Source: Promethearchaeia archaeon
GTDB taxonomy: Archaea; Asgardarchaeota; Lokiarchaeia; Sigyniarchaeales; SOKP01
NCBI GenBank assembly: GCA_029856125.1
Contig: JAHQWJ010000051.1
Location: 1-39,866 of the forward strand
Direction of reading: 5' to 3'
DNA: 39,866 nucleotides
Position 1 is the first letter of the stretch. Every line of letters begins with the position of its first letter. The notes under the pieces are model-generated. The model searched no databases, had not been told where the DNA came from, and saw only the letters and a list, made by a program, of their open reading frames with translations. A program made the translations under genes and the position numbers. Positions 1 to 8,471 of the stretch are shown here, piece by piece.

Positions 1-2
1 AA

Positions 3-83
3 TTTAATCGCAAAAAATAACTGACCAAATCCTAACACAATAAAAAATATCGTAATAGGTAAAGTGATTAAATTGAAAACCAT
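3..83 (-). CDS. 5' part of a membrane or secreted protein running off the window edge (MVFNLITLPITIFFIVLGFGQLFFAIK...)
   Basis: ATG at 83-81, frame open to the window start, N-terminal hydrophobic segment. Confidence 0.6.
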   Translation of the reverse strand, partial: MVFNLITLPITIFFIVLGFGQLFFAIK

Positions 84-163
84 AGTCTAATTAAATTTCA
101 ATATAAAAAATAATTTGTGAAATTGTAAAAAGCTTGATTTTTTTATTCACCACATCTCCATCT

Positions 164-430
164 CTAACAACGAGATTTATCTCGTATCTCAGCAAACATC
201 AATGCCATATTCTTAGGAAACAACCCTACTCTATCACCCTCTCTAACTTCCTTCCCGATTCCACAATATTTGCCGTTTACAAATATGTGACTAAGCTCAT
301 CTTCTCTGATTGCAAATTTATCAACAATATCATTGACAATGTGAACATTACTCTCTTCAATTTTTAATGTAACTGGGAGTCTCTTCTCTAAATCAACATC
401 TTTAACATTTTCTCTCAATTTTCCATACAA
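164..430 (-). CDS. MoaD/ThiS-like (ubiquitin-fold) protein without C-terminal GG
   Basis: (VKL)YGKLRE N-terminus and IFVNG...VREGDRVGLFP pattern are typical of MoaD/ThiS/SAMP. The frame extends upstream (LTILVKL; possible CTG start at 448). Confidence 0.65.
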   Translation of the reverse strand: MYGKLRENVKDVDLEKRLPVTLKIEESNVHIVNDIVDKFAIREDELSHIFVNGKYCGIGKEVREGDRVGLFPKNMALMFAEIRDKSRC

Positions 431-560
431 CTTTACTAATATAGTCAGCTCTAAAACGCACCCGTTACATCAATAAGTAAAATAGAATTAATATATTTGT
501 TTTATAAAAAATTAAAGGAAAATAATAAAATAAGATTAAAAAAATCATTAAAAAAAAGAT

Positions 561-848
561 TTAGAGGCCAAATAATAAGAATTCATCTAAGAAATCGTGG
601 ACTTTTTTCATATTTTCTTCGCCAAGAGATTTTTCTAGTTGGATTTTTAAATCCAAAACTGTGCTCAGAGTCGAAACTACCGTATTTTGAATTGTGCTAT
701 TAAATATGGATTTTTTTTCGTTTTGCTTTTTGAAGTAATCCACTCGATCCAACATCGCAACTTGATATTCATCAGCCGTAGATGTTTTGAGTTCTACAAG
801 CTTTCGCAACTTCAAACCGTCTTTGGTTTCGATTACTTTATCAACCAT
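561..848 (-). CDS. hypothetical helical protein, translationally coupled to tes
   Basis: 95-aa ORF; its ATG directly follows the tes stop (TAA-ATG). Confidence 0.8.
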   Translation of the reverse strand: MVDKVIETKDGLKLRKLVELKTSTADEYQVAMLDRVDYFKKQNEKKSIFNSTIQNTVVSTLSTVLDLKIQLEKSLGEENMKKVHDFLDEFLLFGL

Positions 849-2591
849 TTAATCTTCACCTAACTCCGTCTTTCTCATTCCTCCGTTCTGTGCGACTTGT
901 TGATGAATCTCTTCTTTTGTTTGTCCGGTAGTAGTATCGAATTCCTCTTTTACTTTCGCTGTAACCTTTTTTGCTACTTGTTTCTCGATTCCTTCACGAT
1001 GCAGTGTGTTCATTGTGCAAAAACTGATTTCTTTAACTGAACCGTCAGGCATTGCTACGCCGAAATGAACGATGCACCTTTTAACGCGCTCAATATCCAT
1101 GTTATATGCGTCTTGGAAGTGCATGCTAGAGAGAAGGAGTGTTCCGTGAGTAAATGAACTAATACTTTCCCAATCGCCATTCATTAACAATCTAGTGAAC
1201 ATATCCATGAGCTTACCTGGTTTCTTGGTATATTGAAGCATCCCTAATAGAAATCTGGCTCTGAGTTGCGTTTTATCTAACAAATTGAGACCGCTATCTA
1301 AAGTTTTACCCATATCGCCTAATATTTCTTCGAAAAATTTAAGCGGTTGTTTTTCTTTATGCTTTATTTTTTCCCAGAATCGGTTAGCGAAATCGATAAT
1401 TTTTAGAGGATCGAAGTAATCCATTATAGGAACCATTTCTTTCGTGTCGGGATCTACAACAAGGTAAGTTGCAAAACCACAATCGGGCGAACAAGTAAAT
1501 TCAATTGGATCTACATCAGCGAGGTAAGCTATTATTCTCCCGAATTCGACTATAGTTGTTAATGGATACCACGCTTCATCCATTCTTATTTTGCCACCGG
1601 TTTGATTTTCGATTTCCTGTATTACATCAGCGTTCGTAATTCTTAATTCGTCCATCTCTTCAGCTGTAATACGACCGCATAAGGAAACAGGTTGGAAAGT
1701 TATCCCTCTTACAACATCAATATTATCAAGAGCAAACTGAATTATATTCCCAACTTCAATATCTGTAATCCCTTTGACAATCGTTGCTACTAAATTAATA
1801 GATGATAATCCTACTTTTCTACAGTTTTCTACAACTCGCATCTTATATGGCATTAATTTCTTAATACCCCGTGTCTTCTCGTAAGTTGCGTTATTTATCC
1901 CATCAAATTGTAAATATAGCGTATCTAAACCCATTTCATAAACTTTCTTCGTCCACTCAAGTCCACCGTTCTTTTTCTGGAATCCATACCCATTTGTGGC
2001 AACTATTACTTCTTTAAATCCATGATCTTTTGCCATTTTACAAATTTCAGGAAAATCCTTTCTGACTGTTGGTTCGCCGCCCGTGAACATAATCGCAACC
2101 GCAGGTATTGGTTTGCTTCTGAAGTGTGTCATTATTCTATCGATTTCTTCTAATGTTGGTTCAATTAAATATCCCGATTTTTCGATATTCGCATAACAGA
2201 AGTTGCAATTGAAATTACAACGATTTGTCAAGTCTATTAATGCCAAAGCACAAGTTGATATGTGTTCGCTGCAAAGACCACAATTATAGGGGCACCCTCT
2301 GTCGTCATCTAAAGCACAATCAGCGGGATTCGATTCACCATCTTTCTCAAATTGCCAAGCGATTGTTCCATCTTTATTTTTCATCTGGAAGTGAGTCCAT
2401 TTGTAATATTTTGCGCTAGAGCTAATGATATCCTTAAAGTCACCGTGTTCTGGGCAGTTTTTAACCATGAAAATCTTTCCATCTTCTTCTTGGACTACAG
2501 CCGCTATTTTTTCCAAACACTCAGGACAGACCGATGAGGTCTTTCTATAGTATTTCTCGTTTAAAACATCTGTTCCGTCTAAATGATACAT
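849..2591 (-). CDS. tes: tetraether lipid synthase Tes / GDGT-MAS (MJ0619-family radical SAM)
   Basis: N-terminal CPEC...CPEHG metal site, CPYNCGLCxxH, radical SAM CNFNCNFC, GGEPT, HFQDAYNMDIERVKRC and FCTMN C-terminal cluster motifs. Confidence 0.9.
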   Translation of the reverse strand: MYHLDGTDVLNEKYYRKTSSVCPECLEKIAAVVQEEDGKIFMVKNCPEHGDFKDIISSSAKYYKWTHFQMKNKDGTIAWQFEKDGESNPADCALDDDRGCPYNCGLCSEHISTCALALIDLTNRCNFNCNFCYANIEKSGYLIEPTLEEIDRIMTHFRSKPIPAVAIMFTGGEPTVRKDFPEICKMAKDHGFKEVIVATNGYGFQKKNGGLEWTKKVYEMGLDTLYLQFDGINNATYEKTRGIKKLMPYKMRVVENCRKVGLSSINLVATIVKGITDIEVGNIIQFALDNIDVVRGITFQPVSLCGRITAEEMDELRITNADVIQEIENQTGGKIRMDEAWYPLTTIVEFGRIIAYLADVDPIEFTCSPDCGFATYLVVDPDTKEMVPIMDYFDPLKIIDFANRFWEKIKHKEKQPLKFFEEILGDMGKTLDSGLNLLDKTQLRARFLLGMLQYTKKPGKLMDMFTRLLMNGDWESISSFTHGTLLLSSMHFQDAYNMDIERVKRCIVHFGVAMPDGSVKEISFCTMNTLHREGIEKQVAKKVTAKVKEEFDTTTGQTKEEIHQQVAQNGGMRKTELGED

Positions 2592-2818
2592 AATATTTCA
2601 TTTTTTTTTTATATTGATAGCTATACGAATTAATAGGGTTTTAATATAAAAAGAAAATCCAATGATTAATATTATTACAAATAATATTATTAAAAGTGGT
2701 AAAGCTTCCCAAATATACTGAAAATTAAAATCAAAAAAAAAGCTGAAGTAAAATCGGTTAATGAGTTTTTTACAACAGACATTCCCCCAATATACTACCT
2801 ATTCTTTAAAAATAAAGG

Positions 2819-4207
2819 TTATGTAAATTCCTCTGATAATGAGTTTGTTAGTTCACTCAATTTTTTTGAAATTCTAAGTTTAAATATTTGATTTTCTTCC
2901 AATTCTTTAAATTTATTCGGCAATTTTTCGATATTTTCATTATAATACTGCTGGATATTATTTAGATTAGGCAGTTCCGTTATTAAACTTCCTTCTTTCA
3001 TCACAAGAATAAGGAGAGCTTCTGAATTAGGAGGTGCTGGTTCACTGTCTAATGTTAAAAAATCTTCTATAAACTCTCCTTGCTTATTATAAATTCTGTA
3101 GATTTGTTTTTTACCAGGATAGGTTAATTTATCTTCGCTTATTTTTATTTTTGGTTTATTGTTATATTCTATGAGCTTATAAACACCCGCTATGGTTGGA
3201 TCGTCTCGAGAAGTAGCTAATTCTGTTCCAACTCCAAAAGCATCTATGGGGGCGTTGCTCTCTAAGATTTTTTTTATTTTATATTCGTTCAGATCTGAAC
3301 TCGCAACGATTTGCACTTTTTCACATCCGTTATCGTCTAATATTTTTCTCACTTTTTTGGCATGTTCAACGAGATCACCAGAGTCAATCCTAACAGCTTT
3401 AATGGTGTTTTTAAACTTAGAAATCTTTTTAGCTGCTTGTTCTGTATTGTAAGTATCAATTAGGAGGATAGAATTATCTTCATAAATGTTAGTATAAACG
3501 TCGAAACTCTCCATTTCATTATCAAATCTTTGTACAAAACTATGTGCCATCGTTCCACTTGAATTAATTCCAAGTTCAATATCAGCGATAACATTACTCG
3601 TGCCGTTAAAACCCGCAATATAACTAGCTCTAGCTGCGTAAACGCCTGCAAGAGGGCTGTGTGACCTTCTTGTACCAAATTCTAATAAAGTCTTTTGTTT
3701 GGCTATGTTTTTTATTCTAGACGCTTTAGACGCTACTATAGTCTGATAATTTATAACATTTAAGATATAAGTTTCTGCCAATTGAGCGTGGAACATCGGA
3801 CCCTGAATCTTCATAATAGGCTCGTTAGGAAAGAAGAAATTCCCTTCCCTCATTGCCCATACATCTAACTTGAATTTGAATTTGGGTAAGTATTCGTCAA
3901 AAAAACTCGAATCGATTTCTTTAAAAACATCTTTTTTCCTCAGAAATTCTATCGTTTTTTCGGAAAATCTAGCATTCTGTAAATAATGAATTACCTGTTC
4001 TAAACCAGCAAATATTAGGTAATTACGATTTTTTGGATATTTTCTGATAAAATAACTAAAAACAGCAATATCGTCCTTTTCTTTAATGTGATTATCGAGA
4101 TTGTACTGATAATAAGCTGCGCCCATTGTTAGTTGGTAAAAATCAGTACTCAAGATTAAATTTTGGTCGTTAATGAATCCCGATTTTGGATTTTTCATTG
4201 TTATCAT
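2819..4207 (-). CDS. pncB: nicotinate phosphoribosyltransferase
   Basis: TDFYQLTM, EFGTRR, GTMAHS, LLIDTY, VRIDSGD, FGVGT, KISED...PGKKQ motifs. Confidence 0.95.
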   Translation of the reverse strand: MITMKNPKSGFINDQNLILSTDFYQLTMGAAYYQYNLDNHIKEKDDIAVFSYFIRKYPKNRNYLIFAGLEQVIHYLQNARFSEKTIEFLRKKDVFKEIDSSFFDEYLPKFKFKLDVWAMREGNFFFPNEPIMKIQGPMFHAQLAETYILNVINYQTIVASKASRIKNIAKQKTLLEFGTRRSHSPLAGVYAARASYIAGFNGTSNVIADIELGINSSGTMAHSFVQRFDNEMESFDVYTNIYEDNSILLIDTYNTEQAAKKISKFKNTIKAVRIDSGDLVEHAKKVRKILDDNGCEKVQIVASSDLNEYKIKKILESNAPIDAFGVGTELATSRDDPTIAGVYKLIEYNNKPKIKISEDKLTYPGKKQIYRIYNKQGEFIEDFLTLDSEPAPPNSEALLILVMKEGSLITELPNLNNIQQYYNENIEKLPNKFKELEENQIFKLRISKKLSELTNSLSEEFT

Positions 4208-4212
4208 CTAAA

Positions 4213-5115
4213 TTATAATTTCTTTAACCCCGTAACCCTCTTTAACATAAATCCCAAGAACCTATCCTTATTTACTCCGCCGTTGCATGTAATCTTATCT
4301 CCTAATTTAAACTTGTCGCTGGAATAAAGCTTTTCGCTTACTCTTATTTTTAATTCGTCTAAATTTTCTATCTCTTCTTTTCGATAATCGCTTTTTTTTT
4401 TCAATTGAGGTCCGAATTCAATATCCTTTAGTGTAATTAGATAATAGGTCGTTATATTTCCTTGGAAATCGTCTTCTTTCTCTTCTATATCGGTTATTTC
4501 GGCTTTATAGACTGTTATTCTTTTGTGTCTAGCCAAAAGGGAACTAGCTGCTCCTTCATTAACTAACTTTCCTTCTTTAATGACTATATTTTCCACATTT
4601 TTTTCGAAATCTTTTGGTAGTGTAGTAAGTGTCCAATCTGATAATTTGAAATACTTATTCTTTAATGAATAAATAAAACCAACCCAAAAATGATTACACA
4701 AGCCCATATTTGAGCCTACTCTACAATCGCAATCTCGCTCAGGATCACTAATATTATTTGGAGTTATTGATAAATAGGAACCAACCTCCCAATTAAATCC
4801 TTTGAATTTGAGTTCTATTTCATGGTTTTTATCATTAATTATCTTAATATTAGTAATAGATTCTCGATCTTCACCATTAATTTTCTTGAGAGCGGTCTGA
4901 ATTTCGCCTTTTATTATCTCTATTTCCTTTTGTTTGATAAGATCTTTTAATTCTTCCTCTGCCAATGAATCGAGAATAAAATCAATTATTTCTAATTTCT
5001 TTAATTTAGAATAGCCTTTAATTCCAAAGTCTCTGCAAATTTGTTTTAAACCATCCGTATTCAAAGATTGGAGGAGATATTTCATGTAAGTTCTATCATC
5101 AATTTCTCTATACAT
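4213..5115 (-). CDS. protein with Rho-N/HeH-like domain, SWIM-type Zn finger and a probable OB-fold C-terminus
   Basis: LKQICRDFGIKGYSKLKKLEII (Rho_N/SAP-like), CDC-x8-CNH (SWIM CxC...CxH), beta-rich C-terminus ending FKLGDKITCNG. Confidence 0.6.
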   Translation of the reverse strand: MYREIDDRTYMKYLLQSLNTDGLKQICRDFGIKGYSKLKKLEIIDFILDSLAEEELKDLIKQKEIEIIKGEIQTALKKINGEDRESITNIKIINDKNHEIELKFKGFNWEVGSYLSITPNNISDPERDCDCRVGSNMGLCNHFWVGFIYSLKNKYFKLSDWTLTTLPKDFEKNVENIVIKEGKLVNEGAASSLLARHKRITVYKAEITDIEEKEDDFQGNITTYYLITLKDIEFGPQLKKKSDYRKEEIENLDELKIRVSEKLYSSDKFKLGDKITCNGGVNKDRFLGFMLKRVTGLKKL

Positions 5116-5211
5116 TTAATGTCAAGCCCTATAATTTTAAAATGTGAATTCTCCAAGTATAGTTTAAATTGATTGCTTATATTTATGACTGTTGTAATAA
5201 ATTGTTTATTC

Positions 5212-5826
5212 TTAATTTAACATTGTCCCTTTAACAAGAACATCTGTTAAATTTTCAATAAGTTCTTCCTCTTCAAGTTCAAAATCACTCCGAATCCACC
5301 AAATAAAGACTCCAAGTACCGTAGATGTCCAAACTCTAGCTGTTATTTTAGGATTTTGATCACGAGCTCCGAACTCTATTAGTTTTGAGATGATTTTTTC
5401 TACTTCATTCGAAAAATTGTCAAGAATCTCATTTCTTTTGGTTCGGTATTTTTGATCCATTCCCCCCATTTGCTCAAAAAAAATTAGAAATGTTTCTTTT
5501 TTTTCCTTAAACATCTTAGCGTATCCTCGAAAAAGATTCTTAACTGCAGAGATTGGTGGAAGTCTGTTTTGTTTGAAATAGATAAATAATTCTCTAAATT
5601 TGCTTATCATAAGTTCAGCTAATCCACTAATTAATACTTCAATTACGTCCTCTTTTGAATTAAAGTAATTATAGAAGTTCCCTACACTCGTATTAGCCCG
5701 TTCTGTGATATCTTTTATACGAGTATTATTAAATCCTTTTTCTTCAAAAACAGAGAGAGCTGATATTATAAATAAATTTCTCTTTTCCTTCTTTATTATT
5801 TCAGACTTTTTCTCTCTTAAAGACAC
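5212..5826 (-). CDS. TetR/AcrR family transcriptional regulator
   Basis: ALSVFEEKGFNNTRIKDITERANTSVGNFYNYFNSKED HTH signature. Confidence 0.95.
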   Translation of the reverse strand: MSLREKKSEIIKKEKRNLFIISALSVFEEKGFNNTRIKDITERANTSVGNFYNYFNSKEDVIEVLISGLAELMISKFRELFIYFKQNRLPPISAVKNLFRGYAKMFKEKKETFLIFFEQMGGMDQKYRTKRNEILDNFSNEVEKIISKLIEFGARDQNPKITARVWTSTVLGVFIWWIRSDFELEEEELIENLTDVLVKGTMLN

Positions 5827-6131
5827 TTATGGTCAACTCAAAAAATCATGAACAATTTATATTATGTCAAAATTCAAAAAAATTATTATTACATTTTAAG
5901 AAAATATGTTATAATTTATTACTTATTAATTTTCAATTTTCTATTGATTTGATATGTTTTTGGGGTTTTTTGTATCTAATTTATCTATAAGAAGTAAGAA
6001 GGTAACTACAATTTATGGAGTAGGTAAAAAAAACTAATATGGATAGTGGGAAAATGATAGGAATTTTTGAAAAAGTGTTTTTTTTATATCTTCCCTATAT
6101 TTTTCGTTGAATAATAAAGATCAACACAAAA

Positions 6132-6149
6132 TAAATGAACGCTCATTCA
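6132..6149. promoter_or_regulatory. candidate TetR (FadR-like) operator palindrome TAAATGA-ACGC-TCATTCA
   Basis: 7-bp arms with one mismatch; resembles the TGAATGA-N4-TCATTCA box of TetR-type FadR; lies in the intergenic region upstream of the TetR gene. Confidence 0.45.
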
Positions 6150-6185
6150 GTGAATAAGGATTCGGTAAAATCTAAGAAATTTTAA
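6134..6185 (+). repeat. dispersed intergenic element, copy 1
   Basis: AATGAA-N5-ATT-N11-GATTCGGTAAAATC-TAAGAAATTTTAA; same spacing as the copy at 11482. Confidence 0.55.
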
Positions 6186-6197
6186 GCATTGCAAGTG

Positions 6198-6215
6198 TAG
6201 GAAAACATTTATAAA
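6198..6215 (+). promoter_or_regulatory. putative BRE+TATA promoter (TAGGAAAACATTTATAAA)
   Basis: purine-rich BRE followed by TTTATAAA; the first 14 bp are identical to 7939-7952. Confidence 0.5.
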
Positions 6216-6275
6216 CTAACCTATCTTTTTTCATTAAAGAAGTATTTGAGTAAAAAGTTACCAAATAGGAAATAA

Positions 6276-6500
6276 GTGAACATAAAAATGAGTGATAGTA
6301 CACCAGAATATTTGAAATTCTTTGGCGAGATTAAGTTCGCGGAAGAAAAAAGTTTAAGTGCACGTGATTTTGAAAGCTCCCTTACAAAACATTTTTCGAA
6401 AGAGGAAAAGATACCAAAAGGGCGCTATAAATTTGCTGAACTGAACAATTCAAGCATAAAGGATTTTGAAGATTCCTTTAATAGCTATTTTGAACAATAG
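6276..6500 (+). CDS. small hypothetical protein (start may be ATG 6288)
   Basis: protein-like composition, promoter-like motif upstream, T-rich tract downstream. Confidence 0.6.
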   Translation: MNIKMSDSTPEYLKFFGEIKFAEEKSLSARDFESSLTKHFSKEEKIPKGRYKFAELNNSSIKDFEDSFNSYFEQ

Positions 6501-6564
6501 ATTAAGATTTTTTTTAAAAATTTCTTCATACTTTAATTTTTCTTATTTGATTTCTTTATTGTAT

Positions 6565-6801
6565 TTACGAATACTCGCTATCAAAAATTTTATTTATTAA
6601 TTGACATCCTCTATTATCTTTCGCCTCAGAATCGAAAAAACAGCGAGCTTTGACGTCATTTTTTTTAGTAGAATATTTCATACACCCCCAGCACTGTCCT
6701 TTAGCGAGACTTAACTTTTTTTTACTATTTCTTTGTCTAACCAATTCACAAATTTCTAGTGCAACCTGATCTGGAATAGGATTTTTCATTAAAAATATCA
6801 C
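6565..6801 (-). CDS. small Cys-rich hypothetical protein (possible metal binding)
   Basis: five Cys: EIC, CWGC, RCFF, RGC. Confidence 0.7.
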   Translation of the reverse strand: MIFLMKNPIPDQVALEICELVRQRNSKKKLSLAKGQCWGCMKYSTKKNDVKARCFFDSEAKDNRGCQLINKIFDSEYS

Positions 6802-6952
6802 GTTTTTTAACTACTACAATGCAAAATATTATCATAATTAATTTAAAAGTTTACGAGTCCATTTATTGAGATATTCTATACAATCTAAAGGGTTGATTTA
6901 TATTTTAAGAAAGTCAATAGAAATTAGTTATCTCAAAAAAGAAGGATGTATT

Positions 6953-7795
6953 ATGGAACTACTTAATGAAATAGAAGAAAAATTCGTTGAAACCAACAAT
7001 GTTAAGCTCCATACTATGATTATTGGGAATGGAAAACCATTAATCTTATTACATGGGTTTCCAGATTTTTGGTATGGTTGGAAAAGCGTGATTCCTGGCC
7101 TTAAAAGCGATTACAAATTGATTATTCCTGATATGCGCGGATATAATTTGTCTGAAAAGCCAAAAGGTGTAGAAAATTATAAAATTGATATTTTAGTGGA
7201 AGATATTAAAGGTTTGATAGAATCCTTAGGTTTAGGTAAGGTTTTTCTTGCGGGGCACGATTGGGGTGGTATTGTTGCGTGGGCGTTTGCTGAAAAATAT
7301 CCTGAATTACTACAAAAGTTAGCGATATTGAACGCTCCTCACATGAAGATATTCCAACAAAAACTGAGGACAGACAAAAAACAACAAAAAGCCAGCTATT
7401 ATGTTTTTGAATTTCTTAAACCCGACGGAGAAAAATTTCTGTTTAAAAACGACAAAAAATGGTTAAAATTCGCCGTTTTTGAAGGAATGATAAATAAGAA
7501 AGATTTTACCAATTTCGATAAAGAGCAATATTTAAGTGCATGGACACAACCGGCAATTTTGGGCGGAGTAAACTATTACAGAGCAAATACTAACTTTAAA
7601 GACTGGACGGGCAAAATTACAGTGCCTACTTTAGTTATCCACGGGATGAAAGATATAGCAGTACTACCATCTGTTTTGGACGGGTTATCTAATTATGTGA
7701 GCGATTTAAAAGTCATTCGCGCTGAAAATGCGTCTCATTGGGTTATGCACGATGTTCCTGAATTAATTGTTTCATCTTTTAAGGAATTCTTCTAA
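6953..7795 (+). CDS. alpha/beta hydrolase, epoxide hydrolase-like
   Basis: LLHGFP, DMRGYNLS, GHDWGG (Asp nucleophile), NYYRA, SHWV. ATG 6953 is preferred over TTG 6866. Confidence 0.92.
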   Translation: MELLNEIEEKFVETNNVKLHTMIIGNGKPLILLHGFPDFWYGWKSVIPGLKSDYKLIIPDMRGYNLSEKPKGVENYKIDILVEDIKGLIESLGLGKVFLAGHDWGGIVAWAFAEKYPELLQKLAILNAPHMKIFQQKLRTDKKQQKASYYVFEFLKPDGEKFLFKNDKKWLKFAVFEGMINKKDFTNFDKEQYLSAWTQPAILGGVNYYRANTNFKDWTGKITVPTLVIHGMKDIAVLPSVLDGLSNYVSDLKVIRAENASHWVMHDVPELIVSSFKEFF

Positions 7796-7938
7796 CTTTT
7801 TGTCTAAATTTTCCCTCTCTTTAGCCCATTTGGGGTTATCAATTGATTTTTTTGTTTTAGTTGCCAGTATATTTCCCTTTTTCGATTCAATATAACATAA
7901 AGCATAGATTTATATGGTTACATTTTCATGGAAAGTCA

Positions 7939-7958
7939 TAGGAAAACATTTAACTATA
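7939..7958 (+). promoter_or_regulatory. putative BRE+TATA promoter (TAGGAAAACATTTAACTATA)
   Basis: shares an exact 14-mer with 6198-6211; about 45 bp upstream of ATG 8000. Confidence 0.45.
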
Positions 7959-7999
7959 ATCCGAAATTACACTAATGGAAAAATTACTTCCTAAAAACT

Positions 8000-8443
8000 A
8001 TGCCAGAAAAAGAAGCCTGGGTTTACCAACTTGATTGGTCAAATATTATAACAATCTTGGGATTAGATAAAATGGAACAGATACCCGAAGATAAAAGAAT
8101 TAGAGTAACCAAAAAACTTTCTAAACTTTATGGTTCAGAATCTATGCTATCGTTCAAACCTCAAGAATTGGATGAATTGGTCGCAAGTGAATTAAAAAAC
8201 CTTATGGAAAAAGAATTAAGGAGCCATGCAAAACAAAAAGAAAAAATGCAAAAACAGATGAAAGCTAGAATGCCTTCGTTAAAGCAACCAGGAGTAATAC
8301 CCATTGACATGAATGATATAAAAGATTTACCTGACGAAATAAAAAAAATGTTTTCTAAGATGTTTATGCGGAATGAAGGGGATGACGATAACGACGACGA
8401 TAGCGACAAATATAGCGAAGATAAGAACTCTTATTATATTTAA
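8000..8443 (+). CDS. hypothetical helical protein with acidic tail and C-terminal YYI (HbYX-like)
   Basis: 147-aa ORF ending EGDDDNDDDSDKYSEDKNSYYI-stop. Confidence 0.8.
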   Translation: MPEKEAWVYQLDWSNIITILGLDKMEQIPEDKRIRVTKKLSKLYGSESMLSFKPQELDELVASELKNLMEKELRSHAKQKEKMQKQMKARMPSLKQPGVIPIDMNDIKDLPDEIKKMFSKMFMRNEGDDDNDDDSDKYSEDKNSYYI

Positions 8444-8471
8444 ACTAAGTTAATAAAATAAAAAAAAGATT

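Noticed and set aside
449-480. In-frame TGA-TGT-AAC-GGG-TGC upstream of the MoaD-like ORF as a possible selenocysteine/CxxC extension
   Set aside because: A TAA lies a few codons further upstream with no start codon in between, and no SECIS-like stem is evident.
2667-2689. Perfect 10-bp inverted repeat TAATATTATT-ACA-AATAATATTA upstream of tes
   Set aside because: The arms are A/T only in very AT-rich spacer DNA, so chance is plausible; it would need conservation evidence.
6134-6185. Dispersed element as a SECIS (starts with ATGA)
   Set aside because: The copies lie upstream of genes or between divergent genes rather than in 3' UTRs, do not form the required stem, and no UGA-interrupted gene is adjacent.
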